NCBI GenBank assembly: GCA_001938485.1
Contig: MQRK01235125.1
Span: forward strand, 1 to 64,000
Source: Girardia tigrina
Lineage: Eukaryota
DNA length: 64,000 nt
Direction of reading: 5' to 3'
The notes under the pieces were generated by a model. It was not told the DNA's origin. It saw only the letters and a list, made by a program, of their open reading frames with translations, and searched no databases. Made by a program: the position numbers and the translations under genes. Shown here one piece after another: positions 1 to 10,263 of this stretch (the stretch's first letter is position 1; every line of letters starts with the position of its first letter).

Positions 1-77
1 GTAACCGCGACCGTTGCTATGGTAATCGGGACCGTTGCCATGGTAACCACGATAACCCATACCGTTGCCATGGTTAC
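1..77. repeat. GC-rich ~21-bp tandem repeat containing three RFX X-box-like palindromes (cut off by the window start)
   Basis: Units GTAACCGCGACCGTTGCTATG / GTAATCGGGACCGTTGCCATG / ...ACCGTTGCCATGGTTAC. GTTGCTATGGTAAT at 13-26, GTTGCCATGGTAAC at 34-47, GTTGCCATGGTTAC at 64-77. Confidence 0.7.
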
Positions 78-1529
78 GGCTAGGGGGGGTGTAGGCAGAA
101 TGCCCATTTTTACCCTACTAGAGGTACTGTAGATAGAAAACCAGGGCAACTCAGAAGCCGCAAGAATCCATTGAAGCAACGACATAACATGTAACTAAAT
201 GGGTAAACTTTATTGATATAAAGTAACAAATAAAAAATAACAATGGCTAAATTAAAATGTTTGTTAAGGCAGCCGACTGATTCGTTTACTGAATCAATAA
301 ACTCACTTATTGTGAATATCAATATAACAATATAAATATAAATATGAAAGAGACAAGGCAAACCATTGTTATGCATTAAAAAAAATTGCCAAAAGTTCTT
401 GATGTTGATTGCAGATCTAACAGCAGATTAGGCTAGAATTTGAATATTGTCTTTCATGTTGATGAAACTTTGGACTTTGAGTTTCACTGAAGGCATTATA
501 CAGGAAGTGAGGAGTTGCTTCTTACTTTGAGTTTAGAGATCTTCAAGACTTTAATTCCTTGGATATTCATAGTTGATATTCTTGACACTATCTATATTTT
601 ATCAGTGTTTATGCTTATAGTTATGTACAGTTTACAAACAAATTATCTGACCACCCTAATTTTTAGTTTGCTTTTACATTACCTTATGACTAAAATTAAA
701 CGGAAAAGTTCAGTTCATCGTCTAATGAACAAAGAAGAAGTATGGGTAAAAATCAATTGTAATTGTTAAAATATATTCATAAAATATTTTCTAATTCAAA
801 TTTAATTATTTTAATCCGCTATCAATGTATAAGATTTATTAAATATAAATAAATAAATGTTAAATATTATAAAATAATTCGTTCAATTAAAATTCACTAA
901 ATAATAAATATAAGAATATAAATAATACGGAATATAAATAAAAGTTTCATTTAATTTAAATACGTCATTAAATTCAGTTTTATTTAAATGCAGAAATTTA
1001 TTTTTGAAACAATCGTAGACAATATTTTTTTAATAAATTATTTGTTTAATTGCCAAATTATTTTATTTTTATAAAAAAAGTGTATTTTCTTTCAAAATTT
1101 TTTTTTGGTCAGATGAAATTTCCAAAAAATGATATTGATATTTTAGTTATAAACAAGAAATGCGAATTTTAATAAATAAAATTACACAAAATAAATAATT
1201 ATATAATAAATAAATTATTATAATTGACAAAAACCAAAAATAATTCGCTGAAAAATAATGACTAGAAATGTTTTGTATTTAATTTAATTGAAAATGTATT
1301 CAAAAAGATTTAAAAATTATTCTTTCAATTACCAAAAACAGTGCATTGAGTTGGAGATGCTCATAATATGTGTGAGGAATGTTTGGTATGATGTGCCGTA
1401 TGTTGTAAAGTATCTTGTCTCTCCCAAAAATAATTGCCGAATTTATAATATAACATGTATTTGGTTTAAAGAATTTAATTAAATTCAAATGGTTGTTTAA
1501 ATAAATGAATTCGACTGTTATTTTAATAA

Positions 1530-2291
1530 GGGCTCGTACGTAAAATAATTACGCGAAAATATGGATTTTTAGACCCTCTCCCTCCTTGTCACAAAGTGTC
1601 ACACTTTCATAAGACCCCTCCGGGGTGTCACGTCACAAATCACAAAAACAAAAAATATACAAACTACAATATTTTGTTTATTTCTCATCAATTTTTTCCC
1701 AAATTTGAGCTAAATGCTCTTTAATTGTAAAAATTGGCATAGTTTCCTGTCATTCATATTCTTTGGGCATTGACAAATTCATAATTTGTTCGTTAAAAAG
1801 ATCTTTGATACATTCAACGCATTCAGCTCCAGTATTATATTTAATTATTGCAAGTGCTTGATTTTCCTCTTTTCGTATTATCTTTTTTAGTTTGAGGACC
1901 TCGAATCTTTCGATGTCGTATAAAAATTTAAGTCAAACTATTGAATGAATATGCATAAAATTTATTCCCATTGCAGATACTTGTTACAGATTAAAGATTT
2001 AAAATTTTTAAAATTTCAAATTTTTGAAAACTTTTACAGTTTTAAATTTGAAGGGAATTATAGTGATTTTAAAAGTAATACATCGTGTATTAAAATTTAC
2101 ATAATTCATTTAATTTTAGTGCTAAGTCAAGCATTATTTTATTTATTGTTTTTTGAAAAAAGATTACAATAATAATCTTTTTTTGTGACGTAACAATTTT
2201 TTAGACCCCTACTCCCTTCTTATCACAAAGTGTCACACTTTCACAGACTCCCCCTCCCCCTCTATGCGTTATGTATTTTACGAACGAGCCC
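1530..2291. mobile_element. Non-autonomous TIR element, PIF/Harbinger-like MITE
   Basis: TIR GGGCTCGTACGTAAAATA ... TATTTTACGAACGAGCCC. Flanks TAA / AAA. Subterminal direct repeat TAGACCC...TCACAAAGTGTCACACTTTCA near both ends. Confidence 0.75.
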
Positions 2292-2982
2292 AAAGATTAT
2301 TTAGAAGATTGAAACATTTCATTGCAAAAGAAGATTACGAACTTTTATGTCATAAATAAATGTTTACCACGTGAAATTTTGACTTCTTCAAACAGTAAGA
2401 AAGGTCATAACTTATCTTTTCTTTCAAAGAAAAATTTAATTAAAATTTAAATTAAATAATTCATTATTGAAATTATCAATAATTAAACAACATTTGTTTA
2501 AATCGTTTGATTTAATAATAAATAAACTTTTTGAAATTCGACTTCATGTTTTCTTGTTTTTTACGAATGGATTTTAAGAATGGGTTATTTCAATAATTAA
2601 CAATTTTAAAAAAACAATTACAATATATTAAAATAAATTTTAAGGAATTTACCAGAGAAAAATCAAAATGATAAACGAATATACAAATAAATGTTATAGT
2701 AAAATTTTTTTAATTTTATCAAATAAAAAGAAGTATAAATTTATTAGCGAAATGTAACTTTATATTTGTTATAATTCTAAAATATATTTCTAGTAATTAA
2801 TAATGACAGGAATGCGATTAATTGTAAGATTTTCCTGATCTATTTCCGCTTTTCGTTAATAGAATATTCTGGAAAAGAAAGTTAATTTTAAAAATACACA
2901 AGAAAGTTAATGATTGATAAAAATTGCAATTTATTTGTTAAAATACTTTTATGTTTTATAAAGGATATCACATAAATATTAT

Positions 2983-3615
2983 TACGATTAGGAATATTGA
3001 AAATTGAATATGAATGTGATGTGTTTATTTGAATGTGTTGAAATTGGAATTATGATTCTTCCTCCCAGTTGGAAAATTTGTGTCCTATTGTATTTGCAAT
3101 AGCTGATCATTCGAACAGGATTTACGTTTTGAAAATTAATGAAAACTTAATAATCCGATAAAATTTACATTGAAAAAGTCATAAGTTAGAGGAAATTTTA
3201 AATAAAAGAAATATTTTTTTAAATATTTAAATGAAAATATTTAAATTTTTAAGTAAAGACATTTTAGAGGTCACTGCAATTTAATTTTACAATTAATTTT
3301 AATTTTTTTTATAATTTCATTAAATATTTTTCAAATAAATGAAAACATAAATTACGTAATTTTTTTGAAATGTAATTGTATTTAAAAATATTTTTAAATA
3401 GTGAATTTTAAATGAAATTTAAATAAAATAATTTTCAAGAGTAAAACTACTAAATTGATTAATTTCATAACGAATATCTAAATTTGTAAAAAATTAAATA
3501 AATAATAAATATTATTGAAAGATGAAGAAATTTGTTCGAATAATCATTATTAAAAAATTCAGAAATAACACTAATTAGAATGATGACAAATGGTGAAGGA
3601 TCTTTCCGAGTGTCG
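2983..3615 (+). mobile_element. Degenerate solo LTR (same family as 56860-57493)
   Basis: Shares GTG.TGAAATTGGAATT.TGATTCT, TATTGTATTTG..ATA.CTGATC.TTCGAA and AAATTTGTTCGAATAAT...CACTAATTAGAAT.ATGACAAATGGTGAA with the 57-kb copy. Ends approximate. Confidence 0.55.
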
Positions 3616-3731
3616 TTAAGGAGATTGTATTTATTGCATTTGCGATTATTATTATTATTATTTTTATTATTATTATTTTTATTATTAATGTTAATATTAA
3701 TATTTGTTATATCTCAGAGGGAGTCTTTTTG

Positions 3732-4130
3732 TTAGTTGGCTCTCGTTTTGCAAGTCGGAGACTCGTCGTCGGATTGGCAATCATTGCCAATTCTTGCGGC
3801 ATTGCTCGCAAAATATGTATTATTTTTCGACGCATTAAACAGCGCTTTCATTTTATCTTTGGAGGCAAAATCTAACGCCTGCGTCGGGAAATACCGGATG
3901 CAATTTGCCAGATTTCCTCTCTAAAATGGAACTAAACCTTCATTTCGAAATGTGACAATCGTACAATCGATCGTCCAGTTGTATGGTCGGTCAATGAGAC
4001 CTTGTCTCAACATTTCTTCTTGGTTTTAAACCAACAATTTAACACGTTCTATCGGAACTTCTGCTGTTTTCGAGATCACAGCAGCAAAGTCGCTCAACGC
4101 AAAATTTTCAATAAAACTCAATTCCTTCAT
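3732..4130 (-). pseudogene. 5' fragment of a mitochondrial ADP/ATP carrier (ANT/AAC, SLC25 family) pseudogene
   Basis: Manual translation: MKELSFIENFALSDFAAVISKTAEVPIERVKLLV*NQEEMLRQGLIDRPY...[31 protein letters not shown]. Contains the PIERVKLL and RYFPTQAL carrier motifs and two in-frame stops. Homology fades near 3810. Confidence 0.9.
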
Positions 4131-4172
4131 AATGATGATAATAATTAAATAAGAAAAGAAATCAATAATTTT

Positions 4173-4234
4173 TGTTTGATATCAATTTTTTCTGCCAACT
4201 TTTATTCGTTAAAACAAACTCAACTCATTAATTA

Positions 4235-4272
<38 letters not shown>

Positions 4273-4441
4273 TATCGGTAATAAATTTACTTTTCTGATC
4301 CATATACATACATATATATACATATATATATATAACTATATATACACAATTTTAATTAAAACATTTTTTACTTAAATATATATTTTTTTTCATTTTTAGT
4401 AAAAAATTCTTTCTGAAATTCTTTTAATTCATTCTGAAACA
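4173..4441 (-). repeat. 3' LTR of the BEL/Pao element
   Basis: On the minus strand it starts TGTTTCAG right after the PPT and ends ...ATCAAACA, with AATAAA ~30 nt before the end. The distal end is inferred. Confidence 0.6.
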
Positions 4442-5531
4442 TCCTCCCCTTGATTCGACGCAGGAGAATCAGAACAGTAACGTAGCTCGAGAGGAAAAAT
4501 CTGAGTTATGTTCTTTATCATTCTTTTCCCATTAGCGAGTGCTTCTACTACTATCACCCTTTGGTCAGCTCCTTCAAAGACCTTTGTCACTCGAGCTAGC
4601 CTCCACTTTCCCAGATCATACTTACTATCCAATAGCCATACCATTTCTCCTTTTTCTAACGACTTCGATTCCTTTTCCACTTTGATCTTTTCCTACACGT
4701 AACAGCAAGTTCTCATCTCCAACGCTTCCAGAAAGGATGTGTCAGTTCTTGCACTCTTCTCCATCTTAACCTAAGGGAAGCTGTATCCGCTGGCTCTAGA
4801 TCTTGTTCTCCGGTTTCTAGCCCACCTCTTAAATAACAATTTGGTGTCAGAGTATTATCATCCTTCGGATCTTGGCTAATCCGGCTAGTCCAAAATCTGC
4901 AATTGATTCCTGATAGACAATAAGCCACACCAACAAAATGTCCATCTCGTTTATGTTGCTCTCATATCAATAACAACGTTATCCAGCTATCTTATTGAAG
5001 AATCCTGGAAAACGAGTCTCCCAATCTAAAAATGCAGGTTCGTTAACTTAGAATTCGCCCTCGTTAATCCATTCTAATCGATCTTTGGATTCATCTCCAT
5101 CAGAGGGCTATTACCTGGAACCTTACCCACTTTAGTCATTCCTTCCATCTTCTTGTGATAAACTTATCTTTATCTTCGCGAAAGATCCTCACATTCCTCT
5201 AACTCATCTTTTGATAGATTACGTTTTTCTGTTTGAACTTTTTCCTTGCGGCAATTGGTTATAAATCTGATTACCCAGGTTCGTACCTTCAACAACCTTG
5301 ACCAAGTCGAGAATGACCCTGTTTATAACTGTCATAATTGAATTTCGGATTTACTTCTTCCTGTACTTCATTTACCGCCATGAACAACCGGTTCGGTTTC
5401 TCTTCCATTGGCATACAATTCAAATCAGTATTCTTACAAGACTGCCATGTCTCTTCTGATTTATATACGATAGGAGACCAAGTTAACCAGTTCTCCCAAT
5501 TTCTGAGCTCATCTGTTTTAGTCCTCTAGAC

Positions 5532-5950
5532 CAGTGGTTCCTAACCTGGAGGTAATTACCCCAGGGGTAAAAAGGGTAATTCTTTAGGGGTAAAAAGGCA
5601 TCCACTAAATGTTAGTGATGCCATCTTTGTTACTAAAAAATACAGTACAGTAACGCATTTGGTTCATATGACATATACTCTTTATTACTATCGAAACTGC
5701 GTGTATAAACCAGTTTGATATGAGAGAGGTTGAGCATGTATTCCGGCGCATTATCGCGTTTGAGCTCCACAATGCACACACGTGATGCGCTGTGACTCAG
5801 TACCCAGTCTATCGGGCCGTATTGGTAGTTTGAGATTTAAACAAGTCATATATAAAGTCATATTTAAACAAGTCAAGTTCAATTGTCTCTCATTACGTAT
5901 AACTACCAGTTTTGAAATAATTAAAATATTATTTACTTTTTTGACTATAA
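5532..5950 (+). mobile_element. Truncated hAT (Charlie-like) element inserted in BEL pol
   Basis: Starts with hAT-type terminus CAGTGGTTCCTAACC followed by GGGGTAA subterminal repeats. Only one end is present. The BEL RT region is missing next to it. Confidence 0.55.
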
Positions 5951-7084
5951 GTAATCTTCGTTCCAAAGCATTGATTCTAGACTTTTCTGCCAACCTCTTT
6001 ATCATTCGGAAGCCGTTCCTCTTTCTGTCACGGTTCTTCAAGCTGCCAAAATCGCCTCACTTCCCCTTCCAGATTTCTGATGCAGTAGGTCCAATACGCT
6101 TCCTGGTAGTTAGAAGGGACCATCCCGATACACGTCCACCCCATTGTTGTCAATCTAGCGACCGGTTCTCCTTCCTTTCCTTTAATTTCTCTTAATGAAG
6201 AATGTAGTTCCGGGTAATATGCTCCTATAAGCATATCAACTGATCCTTTTGAACCAATATGAGAAAAATAAACATTTTTCGAATGGTTTCATTGAGAAGC
6301 CAATCTTCTCCAGTTGGTCACCTTCATATTCTCCACTAGGGTCTTGACTGCGAATGCATGAATTCTTTTGTTTACTTTTCCATCCAAACTTCATATTTCA
6401 ACTCCAATTTCCTTTACGTCCAACGACGTTTCAATCCTCCAATCACTCCGACCGAAATATTTTTATGTTGCTCATTCAGTTTAAACTCGTTATCAACCGC
6501 TTCACTTATATAGGTCAAAGAACTAGCATTGTCAAGAAGAGCGTTTATAAATAAGGACTTTGTATTCAGCTTTATTATCATCGGGACTGTTCTCAGAGCT
6601 ACGTAACGATTCTCGTCCTTTTTTCTGTATTTCTGGTTGCTACAGTCTGTCCGCATTTATGTGTTGATTCAGTAATCTCTTTTCCCTCATAGTGAATTAG
6701 AGAGTGGTGCTTTTTCTCGTATTGTTTGCATTTTTGGCGTATCCAACAATCTTCAATTTATGCTTTCCTTTTAAACAATTGAAACATAATCGCTCTTATT
6801 TTACAAATTTATATTTTTCCATGACTGACATTTTCTTGAATCGACCACAATCTTCTAATAGATGATTTTTTTCTTGTCAAGACCAGCATTTTTTATCGTC
6901 TTAAATGCATTTGGTTCTTGTCACTCTAAACTAGTAAAAATGTGTTTTTTGAATTTTACTCTTTTGGGATCCGGTTCCAAATAATCTGTCCTGAGTGCTT
7001 CTTCTGAGTACAGATTCCTTAGAAATCCATTCATGTAATTTCTTTATCCTTGACTCTTCGGAATGAATATAAAAAAATGAATAT

Positions 7085-7170
7085 AAAAAATATAAATCTC
7101 TATCCACCTTTTGTACTATAATAATATAAAAAATATAAATCTCTATCCACCTTTTGTACTATAATAATAT
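7085..7170. repeat. 43-bp tandem duplication disrupting BEL gag
   Basis: AAAAAATATAAATCTCTATCCACCTTTTGTACTATAATAATAT occurs twice in tandem. Confidence 0.85.
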
Positions 7171-7958
7171 ATCCATTGGAAGTTTTTTCAAGAGACATTG
7201 AAGCACCATTCCGTCACGCAACTCAGATTCTTTTTCCATTTCTCTTAATCGTACAATGATATTTTCAGTCATTTCCGTAAACTTTTCCATTTCTTCCACT
7301 TCCCCGGATCTGATTGGGCGAAATTTCTCAAATTCCTTTAGAATTGAAAGATACAAGCGTTTCTTTCCACCATATCTTGAATCCAGGCGCTGCAAAGCCA
7401 AATCAAAGGCCTGAACCCTATAACCGAGACTTTCAGTTAATCGAAGAGCAGGACCACTCAAATAATTGCAAAGGTGGAGTAACTTTTCTTCATTGGGAGC
7501 TTCCGCTTGTTCAATACAGTGTCGGAAGGATACTCTCCAGCTTTTATACTCCTTTACATTCCCGTTGAAAGTTGAGATTAAACGTTTTTAAATTGCTTAA
7601 GGTCCTTCTTTCTGTGGTTGCTGAACCATAGCTTCGAGTGGTCGTTGTCGCTCTTGCTTCTCCTTTGATCAGCAATAGGTTTTCCAATTCTTCGTACTTT
7701 CTTACAATACATTTCAGATCTTCCTCAATTTCAAAAGTTTCATCCTGTTTTCCCAGTTTGATACCGATTTCTTTCAAAGTTTCCAGATTCTCCAGTACTT
7801 TAAGATATTTTCTTCATACTGGTCTCTGGCTTTCATTTGTTCTCCTTCACGAAGAGTAGGATCGCAAACTTTATTACTGAAATGAGTAAGTAACCCTTTT
7901 TCTATTTTTATCTGTTAAGCCCATCGGATAATTTCTTTTTCATTTCTTCTGATTCCAT

Positions 7959-8184
7959 TCCACCTCTAATTCGTAATACAAGATTGATTGTCGCTTCATC
8001 TGGTATGCTTTGATTAAGTAGACTTACTCCGTTTTTTAACAATCTTCCTGCACTCACCAGACACTGGTGGGCATTCGGAATACCCTATTTATCCTGAATT
8101 TTGGCATTAATAATCTGTCGTGTCGCTCGCATCGACATCCAAGGTAATAGTTTTCCCTGTCAATGTCTTAACGATCAGTTGGAT
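7959..8184 (-). pseudogene. Complete ubiquitin-like domain fused to BEL Gag (one frameshift, one stop)
   Basis: IQLIVKTLTGKTITLDVDASDTTD / INAKIQDK*GIPNAHQCLVSAGRLLKNGVSLLNQSIPDEATINLVLRIRGG. 226 nt equals 76 codons minus 2 nt. Followed immediately by ATG at 7958. Confidence 0.92.
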
Positions 8185-9561
8185 CGGCTTTATCTCAGAG
8201 TGTCTGATTGTTACGCTACTTATTAAATGACACCCAATCGGGTTGTTCTGGATACTTTTAAAATTATTATCTTGGGATTGATCCATCAAAATGTCGATAT
8301 GAGCGTCCTCAACTCCTGAAAAACTCTTATTTAATTTCACCATGGAGAGATCCTTGACCCCCTAGGTAACTTGTACCTCAAAATTTTAACCTGGGCGATC
8401 ACATTTGATTCTCGATCGATTATCTTTTTACAGATCTCGTCTTCAAGCGGTCTCTTTTACAGAAGATCAATTCGCTTTTTCTAGGAAATGACGGGACTCA
8501 GAAACCGAATACTAATGAAGTTTATCATGTGGAGCAACATTTCAGCCACCGGCAACCACTTTCTCATAATAAACTTCAGCAGACCCTTTGGTTTAAGCAT
8601 GCATTCATCCCTATACAATTTCAAATGAACCGCACACCAGTGAATCTAAAAAAACTACACTGGTTCCACCAACCGTACTCGGGATCCCGTCAGAATACAC
8701 GACACCCATAGTTGCTCCCCCCACGACATAATAAAAAAGGAAGGATGTCCCATAATTTGTATTGATTTTAAGTTTATTATATAAATTATTATTTAAATTA
8801 ATATAAATAATTATATTACAAGAAACATTAATATTAACAAAAATAACACAGAGATCGTAAACAAATGTCACCTGAATTGACGGCGGATGACGACAACCAC
8901 GCTTTGCTACCATTGTTACTGTCTATTTTAATTTTCTTGACCCTCTGATGGTCATTTCTCGCTCTTTGAAAGCAAACTCGTAACATCTATTTGAAAACTT
9001 GCTTTTCAATGAATAACGTTGCCTATAACAATTTAAAACCATTTAGAGTCAATCTGGAAAAAGGAAAAAAACGATTAATGAGTTCCTCATGAACTGAACG
9101 ACGATCCTTCACTTCCATTACTCAAGAAGAATAACCGCTTAAAAGCTTATTATCATTTATTAGTTAAGGTGTTGTTTCGGCATCATAGGGTAAAAGGATT
9201 TATTCTTTTATTTATTATACTATTATATTTTTTATTAATAGCCGACGTTCGTTATCCAAGGGAAGAAAAAATTGGGCTTTTAAATTTTAAAATTTGTGGT
9301 ACAAATTTAATATTCAAATTTAATGTTACAGAAATTTGTTAAAATGTTCTAAATTCTTTAAATATTTAAAATGGTCATTTTACTATTTTGTAATTTCAAA
9401 TAAAACAGATTAGGGAATAAGATCGATGGCTTATCTGACTAATAATTCAATTGAACCAATATCGTGTAATACAATAAAAAATCGAAATTAAAAAAGGTAA
9501 GTAAAATAAAATAATAAGAATAAAAGACAATTTGGAAAAGATAAACGACAATTAATCTCTT

Positions 9562-10263
9562 TTATTTTCTGTGATCATTTGTTTGGGAAAGAAATAATTT
9601 CAATCTTTCAGTTGTTTTTTTAATTAGTTTTAAATTTCCTCCTCGTAAATAATCTTTAGAAATATTATTCGGTAAATCTTCTAGAGGAAACCATTTGGTA
9701 TATTCTATTTCTCTGTATACATTCGGATACATGTATATATCCATATCTATATCCTCAACAATATAGTACCGAAAGTACATTCCGTATTCACACAAATCGA
9801 AATAACGGTCGGCTTTAATAAGATTAGTTACGTTTACTCCGATTTCTTCATACGTTTCTCTTATCGCACAATCCATGAGACTCGAGTCCGTCGATTCGAC
9901 CTTACCTCCCGGAAATGTTAAATATTCGTTTGATACACCTTTTGTGAGAACAACGTGCTTCTTTTCTTTATCAAGCAAAATTATATTAACACGAGGAAGA
10001 TCAATTCGACTTTTGCACCATTTGTCGTACTCAACGCCGACATCGAGGTATTCAGGGAGAATAAAATTCAAATAATGTTTAATATTATTAATAAATATTC
10101 TCATATTATTTTTTGAGGGTATTTCAGTCACTTTATAAGAATCTATATAATACCAATACATTTTTTCAAGTTGGGTAAAGAAAATTTGTAAGTCTTTAGT
10201 AAAAGTTCTCACTTCTGTAAAGAATCTTACAAATAATTCGTTAATGATGTCTGATGTTATCAT
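9562..10263 (-). CDS. DCP2: Dcp2-like mRNA decapping enzyme (Box A + Nudix), intronless, 233 aa
   Basis: N-terminal Box A-like IINELFVRF...FFTQLEKMYWYYID (W and D retained). Nudix box FPGGKVESTDSSLMDCAIRETYEEIG. C-terminal EIEYTKWFPLEDLP. Open ORF in AT-rich flanks. Orthology versus paralogy is not resolved. Confidence 0.8.
   Translation of the reverse strand: MITSDIINELFVRFFTEVRTFTKDLQIFFTQLEKMYWYYIDSYKVTEIPSKNNMRIFINNIKHYLNFILPEYLDVGVEYDKWCKSRIDLPRVNIILLDKEKKHVVLTKGVSNEYLTFPGGKVESTDSSLMDCAIRETYEEIGVNVTNLIKADRYFDLCEYGMYFRYYIVEDIDMDIYMYPNVYREIEYTKWFPLEDLPNNISKDYLRGGNLKLIKKTTERLKLFLSQTNDHRK

Larger units (their letters stand above)
4173..8343 (-). mobile_element. Decayed BEL/Pao LTR retrotransposon (ubiquitin-like domain + gag, protease, partial pol, integrase C-terminus, 3' LTR)
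   Basis: Gag (LSGPAL...ALQRLDSRYG, Zn-knuckle remnants CFNC). Protease ALLDNASSLTYI. LIGA.YP and FWQLE...LERRL motifs. Integrase C-terminal WRRVQEL...FWKRW and KWRLARVTKVFEGADQRV. PPT AAGGGGAGGA precedes the LTR. No matching 5' LTR found. Confidence 0.9.

Noticed and set aside
1371-2860. TGTGAGGAAT LTR-like start upstream of the Harbinger MITE
   Set aside because: Probably another solo LTR, but I could not define its end or TSD.
9165-9195. Minus-strand TATGATGCCGAAAC resembling a hammerhead core
   Set aside because: No CTGA core and no stem II partner.
8344-10263. Idea that the Dcp2-like gene is cargo of the BEL element
   Set aside because: No matching 5' LTR upstream of it, and the ORF is intact while the element is heavily decayed.
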